DNA of 64,000 nucleotides from Rhizaria sp. SCN 62-66 (lineage: Eukaryota), in contig MEDY01000284.1 of NCBI GenBank assembly GCA_001724265.1, positions 1 to 64,000 of the forward strand. Direction: 5' to 3'. Below, piece after piece: positions 20,001-31,393 of this stretch. The notes under the pieces were generated by a model that saw only the letters and a program-made list of their open reading frames with translations, did no database searches and was not told where the DNA came from. Position 1 is the first letter of the stretch. The number at the start of each line of letters is the position of its first letter. The position numbers were made by a program, and so were the translations under genes.

Positions 20001-23000
20001 CGGCCGGTGCCACGCAGGGTTCCCAACCAGCACAGTCTTCTCGCTCTCCGCAATCTCAGTCACAGTCTCCATCTTAGCGTCAGCGTCAGCGTCAGCGTCA
20101 TCAGCTGAGGCTGCTGCACGGGCTGATGCGGCGCGGCGGGCCAGCAGCGGCGCGGGCGCCCAGGGCCGAGCGTAGAGCGGCCGCAGCACGGTCGCGGCGA
20201 CGTCGCTGGCGTGAGCGTGCAGCATCGGATGCGCGAGCGCGGCCGCGAGCGCGCTCTTGCTCAGGTGCGCGTTGAGCTCCGTGATCGCGCTCGCGAGGGC
20301 AGCCTCGCGCTCCGCGGCCGTCGTCGCGGCGTCCGACTGCAGGGACGGCAGGGGCGCGAGCGAGATGTGTGTGGCGATGATGGCGTCGGCGGTGGTGACG
20401 GGCACCGCGCACGCGCCGCCGCCGAGGCCCGCACCCTGCGACGCGCCCACAAACACCACGTTCGCGCTCTCAGTCGCAGCGCTACCGACGCCACGGCTGT
20501 CACCGTCAATGTCGTTGTTAGTGCTGGTGCTGGTGTTGCGGGGAATGGGGATGGACCAGCGCGAGCGCAGGCGGAGCTCATCCGCGTCCACCGCCGCCGC
20601 CGCGCGCGCCGCGCTGCCGCCGCCGTTGCCGACCGCCTCCGCGAGCGACATGACGCTGTCCACCACCGCAGCCTGCGCCGCCGCTGCCGCGGCCGCGGTG
20701 CGCGAGCGCGCCGCGCCCGCAGCCTTGCTCCCGCGGCCGCCGCGGCCAGTCAGCCCGTGGCCGTATTTGGAGCCGTGTTTGCGGCCGAGCTGCGCCATGG
20801 CATCCAGCACCTGGCCGCGCACCGCGCGCTCGCTCGCAGCGCCGCCGCCGCCAGCCGCCTCCGTCGCCCCGTCCGCCTCCGCCTCTGCCGTTGCAGCGGC
20901 CGCGGCCGCGGCTGCTGTGGCGTCGGCAAGGGCTTCGTCGCGGAACACGACCTCGAACTGCGCAGTGTTTGACCCTGCCGCACGCAGCGCGGCGACGGTC
21001 GCGGCCGCGTCGTCGGCCTCCCCGCACTGGCCGTAGGCGCTGGCGAGCGAGGTGAGCGTGACGTGCGAAGCCCGCACGCCCGCGGCGGCCATGTTGGCGG
21101 CCACGAGCGAGATCACGTCCGCGCCTGCGCCACAGCGCGCGAGCCCCGTGAGGAGCAGGTTGTACGTCACGGCGTCGGGCGCGGCGCCACTCTGCACCAT
21201 CGAGTCGGTAAACGCCACTGCGCGGTCCGCGCGACCGGCCTTAAGGTAGCCGTTAATGACAAGGTTCCACGTCTGCGTGTCCGGCAGCAACCCTGCGCGC
21301 GGGAAGAGCGCACAGTGCGCGTCGAGCGCGGCCCAGTCGCCCTGCGCCGAGGCGAGCGTGATGAGCGCGTTGACCATGAGCGTGTCTGGCACAAGCCCCG
21401 CGGAGAGGCTCACGGCCACGGGCGACAGCAGCCGCTGCAGTGCGTGGCCGCCGACGCGGAACGCCAGCGACGCCGCGGGTGCCGCGGCCGCCGCCACGGC
21501 GGCGGACTTCACGGCAGCGAGATTACTGCCGGCGGCGGCATGGGGGCTGTGGGGCGAGTTGTTCGTCAGAGCCTCGGCCTCGGCGGCCTCAACCTCGGCC
21601 ACGGCGGCCGCCACGGCGGCCACGGTCCACTTGCCCGCGCCCTTGCCGGCGATCACGCTCACGCTCTCCCCAGCGCTGGTGCCGGCCACAGCGACGCCAG
21701 CGGCCGCGACCGGAGAGGCTGCGGCGTCCGCGGCGGCCATCCCGCCCGCGATGGCGCCCGTGACAGTGTCCGCGAGCGCGCGCGCGTCAGAGTTGACGGC
21801 GTCCACAAGTGACTCGAGCGCACCGGCACGCGGACCCGCAGGCTGCGGCTGGCCCGCAGGCTGCGGCTGCGCGGGGGACTGCGCTTGACCGGGAGTCTGC
21901 TGCTGCTGCACGTGTTGCTGCTGCAGGTGGTGCAGCTGCGGTTGCTGCTGATGCTCGCTCTTGCTCTTGTGTTGTCCGAGCGTGCCCGAGGAGGCGAAAG
22001 TGCCGAAACTGAGTGCATCGAGGTCAAAGTCGTTGTTGCTCGAGTAGTCGGCCTCGTCAAGCCCGCGCGCGAGCAGCTCCAGCACAGACTCAGCCGTCAG
22101 CGCGCCCGTCTGCATGCCAGCGCCAGCGCCAGCGCGCGAGGGTTGATCAAGGCCGAAACCGAAGCCCGAGCCCGCGGCCCCAGGCAGCGCACGATCGGGG
22201 TCAGCGCGCGCCTTGGCCTGATCATAGGCCTGCGTGACGGCCACGGACGCCGCGCTGGCGGCCGCGGCGGCCTCGGCGTTGGACGCAGGCGCGGAGTCGA
22301 ACTCCCTGTTGAGCTGCGAGTGCAGCGCCTTAACCCCGGCCTCGGCCAGCTGCGGCAGCGCAGTGTGAGAGAAAGCAGAAGACGCGGAGGAGGATGAGGA
22401 GTCCTGGCGCAGCGCGTGGGCCGCGGCGGTCTGCACGTGGAGCTGCGCGTGCGCGTGTTCCTGCGCCGTGAGCACGAGCTTGCGCAGTTTGCGCGCGCGC
22501 GTGTTGTGCATCATCGCGCGTAAGTTGGGCCGCGCCGCGTTAAGCAGCGCGTCTGCGATGCGCGCGCCCGCGACCAGCGCCGGCCCGCCCGCGGCCGCGC
22601 ATCCAAAGATGAGGAGCGTGTAGAGCGCAGGCGAGGGCTGCCGCACGTGGCGCGTGTACATAGGAAGCAGCGCGATCGCGTCACCCAGCGCGCCCGAGTC
22701 GATGAGGCCGCGCCCCAGAGTCGTGAAAGTGTGCTCCGAGGGGCGCAACACTGGGCCGGAGCCAGACTTCCTCTCAGCTGGAAAGCGTTTGTCGCTGTCG
22801 TCGGGCACAGTGGCGAGCATGCGCTGGAACACCGCACGCGCACGCGTCATGTCCCCTTCGGCGACAAAGCTGGCCAGCAACACGTTCGTGGTCTGCGTTG
22901 TCGGCTGCACGCCCGCGGCCGTCATGCGCGCCAACGTCGCGCGGGCGCCCGCGGGATCCCCACGCGTCACGCACGCGTGCGCGAGGATGGCGTACGACGC

Positions 23001-23838
23001 GGCAGAGAGCGCGACGCCAGTGTCCGCGGCGACCCCCGTGGCCCCCGCCCCCGTAGTATGAAGCGCAACGGCGTCGCGGAAGGCGTCGAAGCGCTCCCAC
23101 TCGCGCTCAGCGGCGAGTCCCGAGAGGACGGTGTTGACGGTGACGGCGTCTGGCGCGGCGCCCTGCGCGGCCATCTGCTCCAGCGCGGCGGGCACGGCGT
23201 CGAAGAGGCGCCGCGAGACGAGCGCGCGCAGGTGCAGGTTGAACGCGAAGGGCGAGGGCCGGTAGCCGCGGAGGACGAGCTGGTGCAGCAGTGTGGCCGA
23301 GGTCGCGACGTCACCGCGCATGGCGGCCTCCTCGAGTTCGCGCAGGAACGCCGAGTCAACAGGCGCCGGCAGCGGCACGCCGGGCCCGCCGCCCGCCGCG
23401 GCGGCGGCGCCCGCGGCGTCGGAGCTGTCACCGCTGCCGCTGCCGCTGCCGCTGCCGCTGCTGTTGCCGTTAGTCAGGGGCCGCTTGCGCCGGTTCGTGG
23501 TCGCGCCCTGCTGCGACCTCGACTGAGACCGCTTCGCTGCATCAGCGTGGGGATCGGTGTCGGTGGCGCCGGCGCCGGCGCCGTCGGTGGCGGCGGCGGC
23601 GGCGGCAACGGCCGCAATGGCCGAGGTAGTCGCTGCGTCTGGCCGCAGCCGGCGCTGCATCTGCCGGCGCTCGTCGAAGCTCTGCTCGATGCGGCGGCGC
23701 GACATCGACGACGCGTGCAGGCGCGCTGTGTCCGAGGCAAACCCGCGCCGCGGCGCCGCCGTCAGCACGGCGCCCACGCTGCTGGCGCTAGGACGAGTGT
23801 GAGAGAGTGTGTGACTGCTGCTGGCGCTGCTGCTGCTG

Positions 23839-23869
<31 letters not shown>

Positions 23870-24152
23870 TGTATTGGTGATGTGTCGCGCGACTGCTGGT
23901 GCTGAGGGTGAGTGGAGGGTTCTGGGAGAGAGAAGAGCTGGCGGGCGCGGGGGCCGGCAACGCGAAGTCGACGGAAGAAAAAGCAGCAACAGCAGGCGCG
24001 GGCAGCGACGGGGCAGCAGCTGCAGATGTGGCGGAGACGGCCGCGGCGGTTGCAGAGCCTGAGACTGAAGCTGAGGCCGCTGCAGCAGAGTGCTGGGCCG
24101 CTGCGGACGCAGTCGATGCCGCGATGGCCGAAAGCCGGGCGCGGAACAACAT
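13890..24152 (-). CDS. Giant pentatricopeptide-repeat (PPR) protein, probably mitochondrial, ~3420 aa, containing one in-frame TAG (14387-14385)
   Basis: Two PPR clusters: PSPFAFNLHLRAL, PDAVTVNTVLSGL, PTTQTTNVLLASF, PSEHTFTTL, PSPALYTLLI; and PDTLMVNALIT, PDTQTWNLVINGYLKAG, PDAVTYNLLLTGL. MLFRARLSAIAAS resembles a transit peptide. The frame stays open past the TAG to TAA at 13892-13890. Confidence 0.8.
14011..14078. repeat. Compound (CTG)n(TTG)n microsatellite encoding poly-Asn then poly-Ser on the minus strand
   Basis: ctgctgctg...tgttgttgttg is directly visible. It lies in the PPR segment downstream of the in-frame TAG. Confidence 0.9.
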
Positions 24153-24657
24153 AGCGGGCGCTGAGGAAAACAAGAAAAAGTGTCGTGTGGTAGCGCGAGC
24201 GCGCTTTCGGGATAGCTTGAGAGGAAGAAGGAGAAAAGGCTGCAGGGAAGAGTTGGAAGTGGTTCCGTGAGGATCAGAACAGCGAGTCGAAAAATTGTCG
24301 AGTTGAAGGCCAAAATATCCGTTAATAGCAGTTTTAAAAGCAAATCAGAATGCACACTAACAAGAAAAAATCAATGCAGTGATAACTTTTTCACCAAGTC
24401 TCGGTAACCGCGCCGTAAGGCCCCAAACTGACCCGCGATGCGGACGTTCCGTACGGCGACTCTCGAGGTGCGCCTATGTGGCGAGATGCTGAGAAAGTAG
24501 CTAAATCGATCGACTTTGAGAAGGTCTACGTCATCCAGACTGCGTCAGATTCAAACATAGCACAGCTGGGCTTATTTAATTATGGCTTAATTTTACTTTA
24601 TTTAATTCTTATCTCTTCTATTTTTTTCTATCTTGTGCTATCATTCCTCATAGCCCC

Positions 24658-27600
24658 ATGCACCCTTCCAGCGGTGCCTCTGGCTCCGGCGGTCCGCCCG
24701 ACGGCCTCCCGCGGCGCTCGCGCTGGGGCGAGTCGCCCGCGCCGTCTTCCTCGTCCTCCGCCTTGGGCGCGCACGGCGACTCGGACTCGGAGTACGCCGT
24801 GAAGCGCTCGCGCACGGCCAACGCGGACGGCTACAGCGGCGGCGGCGGAGGCTACAACAGCAACCACGGACACGGACCGTCTTCGCATCACCACCACGAC
24901 TCCGCCGGCAGGCACGGGCCCAGCTACGCGCCTGGCGCAGCGTTCTCTGCTGGCGCTGGCGGCGGCGGCGGTGGCAGCGGCTACCACGCACAGCAGCACC
25001 AGCTGCCCACGCCCCCTAACCACAGTGGCAGCTACAGGCCCGGCTCCGCCCAGACGCAGACCCCGGCCCAGAGCTCCTCCTCTTCGAGCTCGAGCTTGAG
25101 TCAGACGCAGGGACAGGGACAGGGACCGCCGCGGTACGCGCCTCCCGCGCAGCACCCACGGTCACGCTCGCGCTCTCGGTCGCCCCCTCCTCGCCACGGC
25201 CACGGCCACGGCCACGGCCACGGCCACGGCGGCCCCCCGCACTGGCAGCAGGGGCAGGGGCGCCGGCCGGACGCGAGCCCGCGGTCGCGCTCTCCGCAGC
25301 CCCGGCCGCGCTCGCGCTCGCGCTCGCCTCTGCTGCCGCCGCGCCCGCGCTCGCCCTCCGCGGCAGCCTCAGCGGCAGCGCCCGCGGCAATGCCGGCCTC
25401 TGCAGTGAAGGCGTCGCGGTCGCCGCGGCGCTCGCCCCAGCGGCTGCGCTCACGGTCACGCTCGCGCTCGCCGCAGCCGCGCTCGCCGCTGCGTCCTGCC
25501 CACGGTCACAGTCATAGTCACCACGGGCAGCAGCAGCAGCAGCAGCAGCAGACGCGGCCAAGTGAGAGCCCTGACCGGCACACGCTCACAGCTCCTCCAG
25601 TCGCGACACAGTCACATTTACAGCTACGTGACCGTGAGCGCGGCAATGATCCACGGCTCCCGCCTCGCGATGGCGGCTATGACCGTGACCGTGAGCGGAG
25701 TGACCGTGAGCGCTACGAGCGCGAGCGTTACTCTGGCCCTGCAGACCGCGACCGCGACCGTGAGCGTGAGCGTGAGCGCGACCGTGACCGTGACCGTGAG
25801 GCTTCATACCGCGGTGGCTGGGGAGACCGAGACCGCGACCGAGACCGTGGACGTGACCGTGGACGTGACCACAACGACAACGACCGCGAGCGCGAGCGCG
25901 ACCGGGACCCTCGTGGCTACGGCCGCGACACCCGCGACACCCGCGACATTCGTGACGGTCGTGATACGCGTGACGGCCGTGATCCTCGTGACATGCGCGA
26001 TATGCGTGATGTGCGTGACGTGCGTGATGCGCGCGACACGCGTGACCCCCGCGACCGCGACTACCGTGACACTCGCGGCGGCTACAACGACCGTGAGCGC
26101 GACCGTGACCGTGACCGTGAGGGGCCGCGTCCGCCGGGGTCATCCCCCGCACACGCACAGGCCCAGTCTGGCGTGCGTGCGCCCGGCTCCGCCGCCCATG
26201 GAGCTCACGGTCCCTCGCACGGCCCCCACGCGTTCCAGACGCCCGCGCACGGCTCCACGCTGCTCCGCACCGGTCCCGCCGCCTCCGCCTCTGCAGCCTC
26301 TGCTTCGAGCGCCGTCGCCTCTGCGACGCCTGCGACCGGCTCCGCCGCGCTGCCCCTGCGGCCGCCCGCGCGCGGCCCCGCGCCGTCCCCGGGCGCCCCC
26401 ACACACGGCGCCAGCGCCGGCGCCGGTCAAACTTCGACTGGCACCGGCGCTGGTTTGGTGACGCCGGCGCCCCGCCCGCGCGCGGCTGCCGTCGCCACTG
26501 GTGCTTCCGCCACCGCCGTTGGCTCTGGCTCTGGCTCTGGCGCGAGTGTTGCGGGGTCGGGCGCTGCGGCGGCCACGGCCATTGCCGCCGCCGGTTCCGG
26601 CTCTGGCACTGGCGTTGACTCCGGGTCTAGCAGTGATGCTGCGGTGAGCGAAGTGGCTGTAGCCGAGCTGAGTCAGCTGTTGGCGCAAAGTCAAGCCGCA
26701 TGGGCGCCGCTGCCGGAGCTTAGCACACCGCTCGCGGCCGCAGACGCTGCTGCCGCAGTTGCAGTCAAAGCCTCTGCCTCCGCGACGGCGACTGCGGCTG
26801 ATAGGTGTCGCAGCAGTAACCGCAGTGCAACTGTGATGACTCACGACGGCACAGATGCAAACGCTGACAAGGCCAAAGATGCCACCAGTGTTGTCTCTGA
26901 CAAGAACAATGACTCTAATAAGGGGAGGACAGACCGGGACGTGCTGGCCGCGCTGGGCGTGCTTCGCTCCAGCCTCAGCCTCTCCGACTCTGCCTTCGAC
27001 TCCGACTCCGCCTCTGTCGGCTCTTCTGTCGTAGCCGCGTCCGCGGTAAGCACGAGCGCTGCGTTTGACATCGCGCGCAACGAGAGCCTCGCGGCCTCCG
27101 TGCTTGTCGCACTCAACGCCAGCACCAACAGCACCATCAGCTCGAGCAGCGTGAGCGCTCCTGCGAGCTCTGTCTCGGTCGGGCCGTATGCGGGCATGAT
27201 GGCGTCGCCCATCGCTCACTCGCACTCGATCTCGCACTCGCATGCGCACGCGCACTCTTTGATGCAGCAGCAACAGCAGCAGCAGCAACAACAGCAGCAG
27301 CAGCAGGCCGCTCTGGCCGCCGCCGCGAATGCCGGCGCGACCGAAGCTGGCGCCCAGTCGAGTCTGATGCTCGCAGCCGCGCTCGGTCTCCCATCCGCCT
27401 CCGCCGCTGCCTCCGCCTCCGCCTCTGCCTCCGCCTCCGCTGCCTCTGCTGCTGGTGTCGGTGGAGTATTGTCGTCGCCTGCGCTGGGCGTTGCCCCGTC
27501 GCTCGCGCCCATGCCTCCGACGCCGATGCCTTCTCTTGCCTTCACCAACAGCGCCCACACGACTGCGAATGCTGCGACCGTGGCCGCGGGTGCGGGCGCG

Positions 27601-28272
27601 CTGCCGACGCCGGTGCTGGGCTACGGCTACAGTCTGAGTGGCATCGCCGGCGCCTCCGTGGGTGTGACCCCGACGCCGCTGACTCCCGCGCCGTTCGCGC
27701 CCGCATCTTCCCTCGTCAACGTCGGCGGCGGCGTTGGCAGTGTGGGTTTGACTGCCGGAGCGCTGAGTGCGATGACGAACGCGGTTGCGGCTACGCCGGT
27801 GATGCCGCTGTCGCTATCGCGCCTGCCCACCGCCTCGCCCCCCGCCGCGGGCTCGGTCGGAGCAGTTGCAGCCGCTGCCCACGGCCACGGTCACGGTCAC
27901 GGTCAGCAGCAGCAAGCGCAGACTCAGGCTCAGGCTCAAGCTCAGGCTCAGGCTCAGGCCCAGACTGCGCTGCCGGTGCCGCTTGTGAGCCCCGGGGCGC
28001 TGCTCGCCATCTACCAGCAGCATCTTAACTCCAACTCAGCTACCGTGGCCGCAAGTAACGAAGATTCCGTCGAAGTGACTGTGAGCGGCGCACTGACGGG
28101 GCTGACTGCGGCGCGCGCGTCGTGGGCCGCGGCCGTCGCGCACGCCGCGGCCGCGGGCACGGCGGCCGACGTCATCGAGCGCTCAGTCGCGGCGTATGCG
28201 GCGGCGGCGGCGCGGGCGCGGGAGAATATGCCCACGCTCGAAGACCTCGGCATCGTTATCGAAGGGCTTTAA
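24658..28272 (+). CDS. Low-complexity SR/RD-rich protein (possible RNA-processing factor)
   Basis: 1204-aa ORF, ATG to TAA. Contains RSRWGE, RSRSRSP repeats, a long RD/RE dipeptide tract with RDxRDx repeats, and polyQ. No globular domain recognised. Confidence 0.7.
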   Translation: MHPSSGASGSGGPPDGLPRRSRWGESPAPSSSSSALGAHGDSDSEYAVKRSRTANADGYSGGGGGYNSNHGHGPSSHHHHDSAGRHGPSYAPGAAFSAGAGGGGGGSGYHAQQHQLPTPPNHSGSYRPGSAQTQTPAQSSSSSSSSLSQTQGQGQGPPRYAPPAQHPRSRSRSRSPPPRHGHGHGHGHGHGGPPHWQQGQGRRPDASPRSRSPQPRPRSRSRSPLLPPRPRSPSAAASAAAPAAMPASAVKASRSPRRSPQRLRSRSRSRSPQPRSPLRPAHGHSHSHHGQQQQQQQQTRPSESPDRHTLTAPPVATQSHLQLRDRERGNDPRLPPRDGGYDRDRERSDRERYERERYSGPADRDRDRERERERDRDRDREASYRGGWGDRDRDRDRGRDRGRDHNDNDRERERDRDPRGYGRDTRDTRDIRDGRDTRDGRDPRDMRDMRDVRDVRDARDTRDPRDRDYRDTRGGYNDRERDRDRDREGPRPPGSSPAHAQAQSGVRAPGSAAHGAHGPSHGPHAFQTPAHGSTLLRTGPAASASAASASSAVASATPATGSAALPLRPPARGPAPSPGAPTHGASAGAGQTSTGTGAGLVTPAPRPRAAAVATGASATAVGSGSGSGASVAGSGAAAATAIAAAGSGSGTGVDSGSSSDAAVSEVAVAELSQLLAQSQAAWAPLPELSTPLAAADAAAAVAVKASASATATAADRCRSSNRSATVMTHDGTDANADKAKDATSVVSDKNNDSNKGRTDRDVLAALGVLRSSLSLSDSAFDSDSASVGSSVVAASAVSTSAAFDIARNESLAASVLVALNASTNSTISSSSVSAPASSVSVGPYAGMMASPIAHSHSISHSHAHAHSLMQQQQQQQQQQQQQQAALAAAANAGATEAGAQSSLMLAAALGLPSASAAASASASASASAASAAGVGGVLSSPALGVAPSLAPMPPTPMPSLAFTNSAHTTANAATVAAGAGALPTPVLGYGYSLSGIAGASVGVTPTPLTPAPFAPASSLVNVGGGVGSVGLTAGALSAMTNAVAATPVMPLSLSRLPTASPPAAGSVGAVAAAAHGHGHGHGQQQQAQTQAQAQAQAQAQAQTALPVPLVSPGALLAIYQQHLNSNSATVAASNEDSVEVTVSGALTGLTAARASWAAAVAHAAAAGTAADVIERSVAAYAAAAARARENMPTLEDLGIVIEGL

Positions 28273-28653
28273 GCGTACGAGTAGCCCACAACTCTGAGTC
28301 TTGCCCGATCACTTTCGGTGCAGAAATTATATATTAGTCTAATTTGATAAACTTACTGTTTAAGTTGGTAATACACCAGTCATGTACTGTTTTCTCATCA
28401 TTTTCCTTTGCAAGCGTGAGAACAAAGGCGTTTGTGGTCGCCAGCACTTGCGAACAAAGCAACTTGAAAACTTTGCGAAACCTTCGAGTTTAGATCTCTG
28501 TATCACAGTTGTGGTTAATCAATCTAATGTATGGTTTAAGTATCTCGAAATTGTAACAACATGCGCAAATATAAAATGCCTCTTGAGACACTTGAATACT
28601 TCCCCCATTCACTTGTTTTCCTCGTTTCGCTTAGATCCCTCTCCATCCTGCGG

Positions 28654-28989
28654 ATGCCCTCCCTAGTGTTCTTGCTCCTCGTATTCGCGGTGCTTGCATC
28701 CCTGGTGGCGGCTACTTCGCGCTTTCCCTCGCGATCCGCCGTGCGCAACGCGTGGGGCAGCGGCGAGATCCACCTGGACATCGCCAACCACCCGAGTTAC
28801 TTTTACGACCCGTTCCCGGGCAGTGCGCGCAGTCGGCTCGACGCCGTGCGCGCGCCCACCACCGCGGGACCCGTCGCCGGCATGGACACCTACCCGTATA
28901 ACATGCCCAACTACAGCGAAAACAACCCCAACTACCGCATGGGCTCCTCTGATGTGCTCTGGATCGGTCCCGGACGCACCACGTACTAA
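28654..28989 (+). CDS. Small secreted protein (111 aa), unknown function
   Basis: Signal peptide MPSLVFLLLVFAVLASLVAA, strong C/G third-position bias, Tyr/Pro/Asn-rich mature part, stop TAA. Confidence 0.75.
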   Translation: MPSLVFLLLVFAVLASLVAATSRFPSRSAVRNAWGSGEIHLDIANHPSYFYDPFPGSARSRLDAVRAPTTAGPVAGMDTYPYNMPNYSENNPNYRMGSSDVLWIGPGRTTY

Positions 28990-29247
28990 GCGTATGCTAG
29001 CAGTGGGCGTAAGCAAAGCAAAACGAGACAACAACGTTCTTGTGGAGCTGAATATAAGAAATTATAATACAGAGCGTAGATAATGAGTTTTTACTTTGTA
29101 TTTTCAGATATTAATGCTTTGACACTGTGCATCAACGCAACGATGGCCTGGCCAGAATAACACCTGGCCTTATAACAGCATCAGCCTGTTTAGCTCTCAG
29201 TCTTATGTAAGTCTAAGTGCTGTACTTGCGTGTTAACGACGAAGTGC

Positions 29248-30483
29248 TCACTCGTCAAGGTCCTCGCCCAAGTCGTCGCCGTCATCGCCACCCTTGACTT
29301 CCTCCTTAACTTCCTCCTCCTCAGCCTCAGCCTCAACCTCCTCCTCCTCGGCATCGGCCTCGGCAACAGGGCTCGCCTCGGGCTCAGCCTCCTGCGAGGC
29401 CTCCTCCTCTTCCTCCTCCTCCTCGGCGGCCGCCATCGCGCTCTTGCCGGTCAGTGGCGCGGCCGCAGCGGCTGCGGGCAGCGGAGACGCGACATCCGCC
29501 AGCGGCGACGCCACATCATCGATGCCGCCTTCGCCGTCACCGGCCTCGTCGTCCTCCTCGAGCTCGCGGCGGCGGCGCTCCATCTCCTCCGCGCGCTCGC
29601 GCTGCGCCTCGGCGTAGTGCGCGTCGAGGTCGATATCGTTCTCGCGCAGCGCGGCCTCGACCCGCGCCTGCTGCTCCTTGCGCTCAGCTTGGTTCGCAGC
29701 GGCCTCCTCGGCGGCCTCGGCGCGCGCGGCGGCGACGCGCGCGGAGCGGGCGTCCTTCTCCTGCGCCAGCGTGCGCTGGATCATCTTGATCGTCGCGCCG
29801 CGGTCAGCGTGCATGTCAACCTGGTGGTCGCCGTCGTCGTCGTCGTCGCCATCATCCTCGCCGTCGCCGCGCTTGGGGCGCGAGCTCTCGCTGAGGTAGA
29901 CCTGCGCGCGCGCCATGTCTTCGTCGGAGCACAGCCGCGCCGGGAGCAGCTTCGCGCGCTGGTCGGCCATCTTCTGGAGGTATTTCTCCACCTTGCCGGC
30001 CTCGAGCGCGCGGAAGTAGCGCTGCGCGAACTTGATCAGCTCCGAGGGCGAGTAGCGGATCGCCTCGCGCACGAAATCGACGCAGATCTTGTCGAACTGC
30101 GGCGTGGGCAGCTCGCGGTGTGAGGTGTCGGCGTTGGCAGCGCCGTTCTCGCCGTCGGCGCCGTCGTAGTCGTCGTCGGCGCGATTGTTGAGGATCTGGT
30201 TGCGGTCGACGACGTGGTCTTCGTCCCACTCCTTCTCGAACTGCTGCAGCACCATGAGCAGCTGCTCCTGCGAGATGTTCTTCTCGCGGATGTTCGACTC
30301 CTCAAGACGCTGCAGCAGCTGCTGCAGCCACGCTTGGACTTCGCTGTGGAAGTTGAGCGGCTTGTAGAAGAGGACGAACTTGCAGAAGAACTTCATGAAG
30401 ACGCCCAGCGTGGGGGGCGCCGTCACCTTGTCCTTAGAGTAAATGCGGTTCAGCGACCGGTGCGAGTGGATTTGCGTGCTCAT
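29248..30483 (-). CDS. Protein with two RIIa-like docking domains and an acidic tail (ropporin/radial-spoke-like)
   Basis: IYSKDKVTAPPTLGVFMKFFCKFVLFYKP and PQFDKICVDFVREAIRYSPSELIKFAQRYFRAL both resemble the RIIa D/D motif. Glu-rich C-terminus. ATG at 30483, stop TGA. Confidence 0.65.
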   Translation of the reverse strand: MSTQIHSHRSLNRIYSKDKVTAPPTLGVFMKFFCKFVLFYKPLNFHSEVQAWLQQLLQRLEESNIREKNISQEQLLMVLQQFEKEWDEDHVVDRNQILNNRADDDYDGADGENGAANADTSHRELPTPQFDKICVDFVREAIRYSPSELIKFAQRYFRALEAGKVEKYLQKMADQRAKLLPARLCSDEDMARAQVYLSESSRPKRGDGEDDGDDDDDGDHQVDMHADRGATIKMIQRTLAQEKDARSARVAAARAEAAEEAAANQAERKEQQARVEAALRENDIDLDAHYAEAQRERAEEMERRRRELEEDDEAGDGEGGIDDVASPLADVASPLPAAAAAAPLTGKSAMAAAEEEEEEEEASQEAEPEASPVAEADAEEEEVEAEAEEEEVKEEVKGGDDGDDLGEDLDE

Positions 30484-31393
30484 CAAGCAGTCCACTGAGC
30501 GTCAAACAACGACCAAGAGGCACAAGACAGGGCAAAGACAACGAAGTGAGCGATTGAAGGGGAGTCAACTCGTGCAAGGGAAAGTCGCGGCTCTAACGCA
30601 TTACAGTGACCGTAAACAGAAAAATGGAAAGAAGTCCAAAATGCACCATCGTCATTTCATCTCAAAAGTATTCGTAAAAATCTCACATAACCTTGCTGAG
30701 GCTCTCAAAACGCTGTCAATGTTCGAATCGTTACTCCAAACTCAGTCGGCGCTTGGCTGGCTGGTTGTGACCGTTTGCGGTTCGCGAAAATGGCTGAGCC
30801 GCTTTGAAAACTGACATATTTATCCCTCATGTGACTTGTAATAAAGATATATGCTGGAGATTTTGTGGTGTCAAATATAATAAGTGACTTTATTTCTTAA
30901 AATGCATTTTTAACTCTTATTACATGCAGTTGATGCCCTCATACTGCGTGGTACGAGACATTAGTCACTTGATTCTTGCATCTTTCAAGCAGCATACATT
31001 ACAGCTTGCCCCCCAATACAGACATACTTACTTTAGCGAAGCTGTTAATCATTATTTTAGTTAAATCATGAAAATGATTTGTCCTAAGTTTCTCTAAGAA
31101 GATGCAAAGAAGGATTGCAAAAATGTTTCGTTTAAGTTGAGATATTACTTTATCACATTAAATATCTAAAATTTCGACCGTGTGAAATTTTAAACTTGAC
31201 TTTCCTTACTTTTTCGCAATATAACACGTGAGATAAAAGTTGAAAATGAAGTATAGTCTACAAAAATTTAGAGTACATATGTATTAACTAGTATTATTCG
31301 CAGAAAGTGTTGTTACAAAGAGTATACGTTCATTCTGATGTTTTTCACTGTTCACGTGACTGACAAATTCACAGTTTCTACTCGCGCGACGCC

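Noticed and set aside
25680-26120. Regular 6- and 9-bp repeats (gaccgt/cgtgac) resembling an array
   Set aside because: Coding RD/RDx repeats within the SR-rich ORF; no spacers, so not CRISPR.
30690-30760. GTTCGAAT T-loop-like motif (also GTTCGAGT near 35203) as a possible tRNA or suppressor tRNA
   Set aside because: I could not fold a cloverleaf or find an A-box or acceptor stem. No tRNA is supported in this window.
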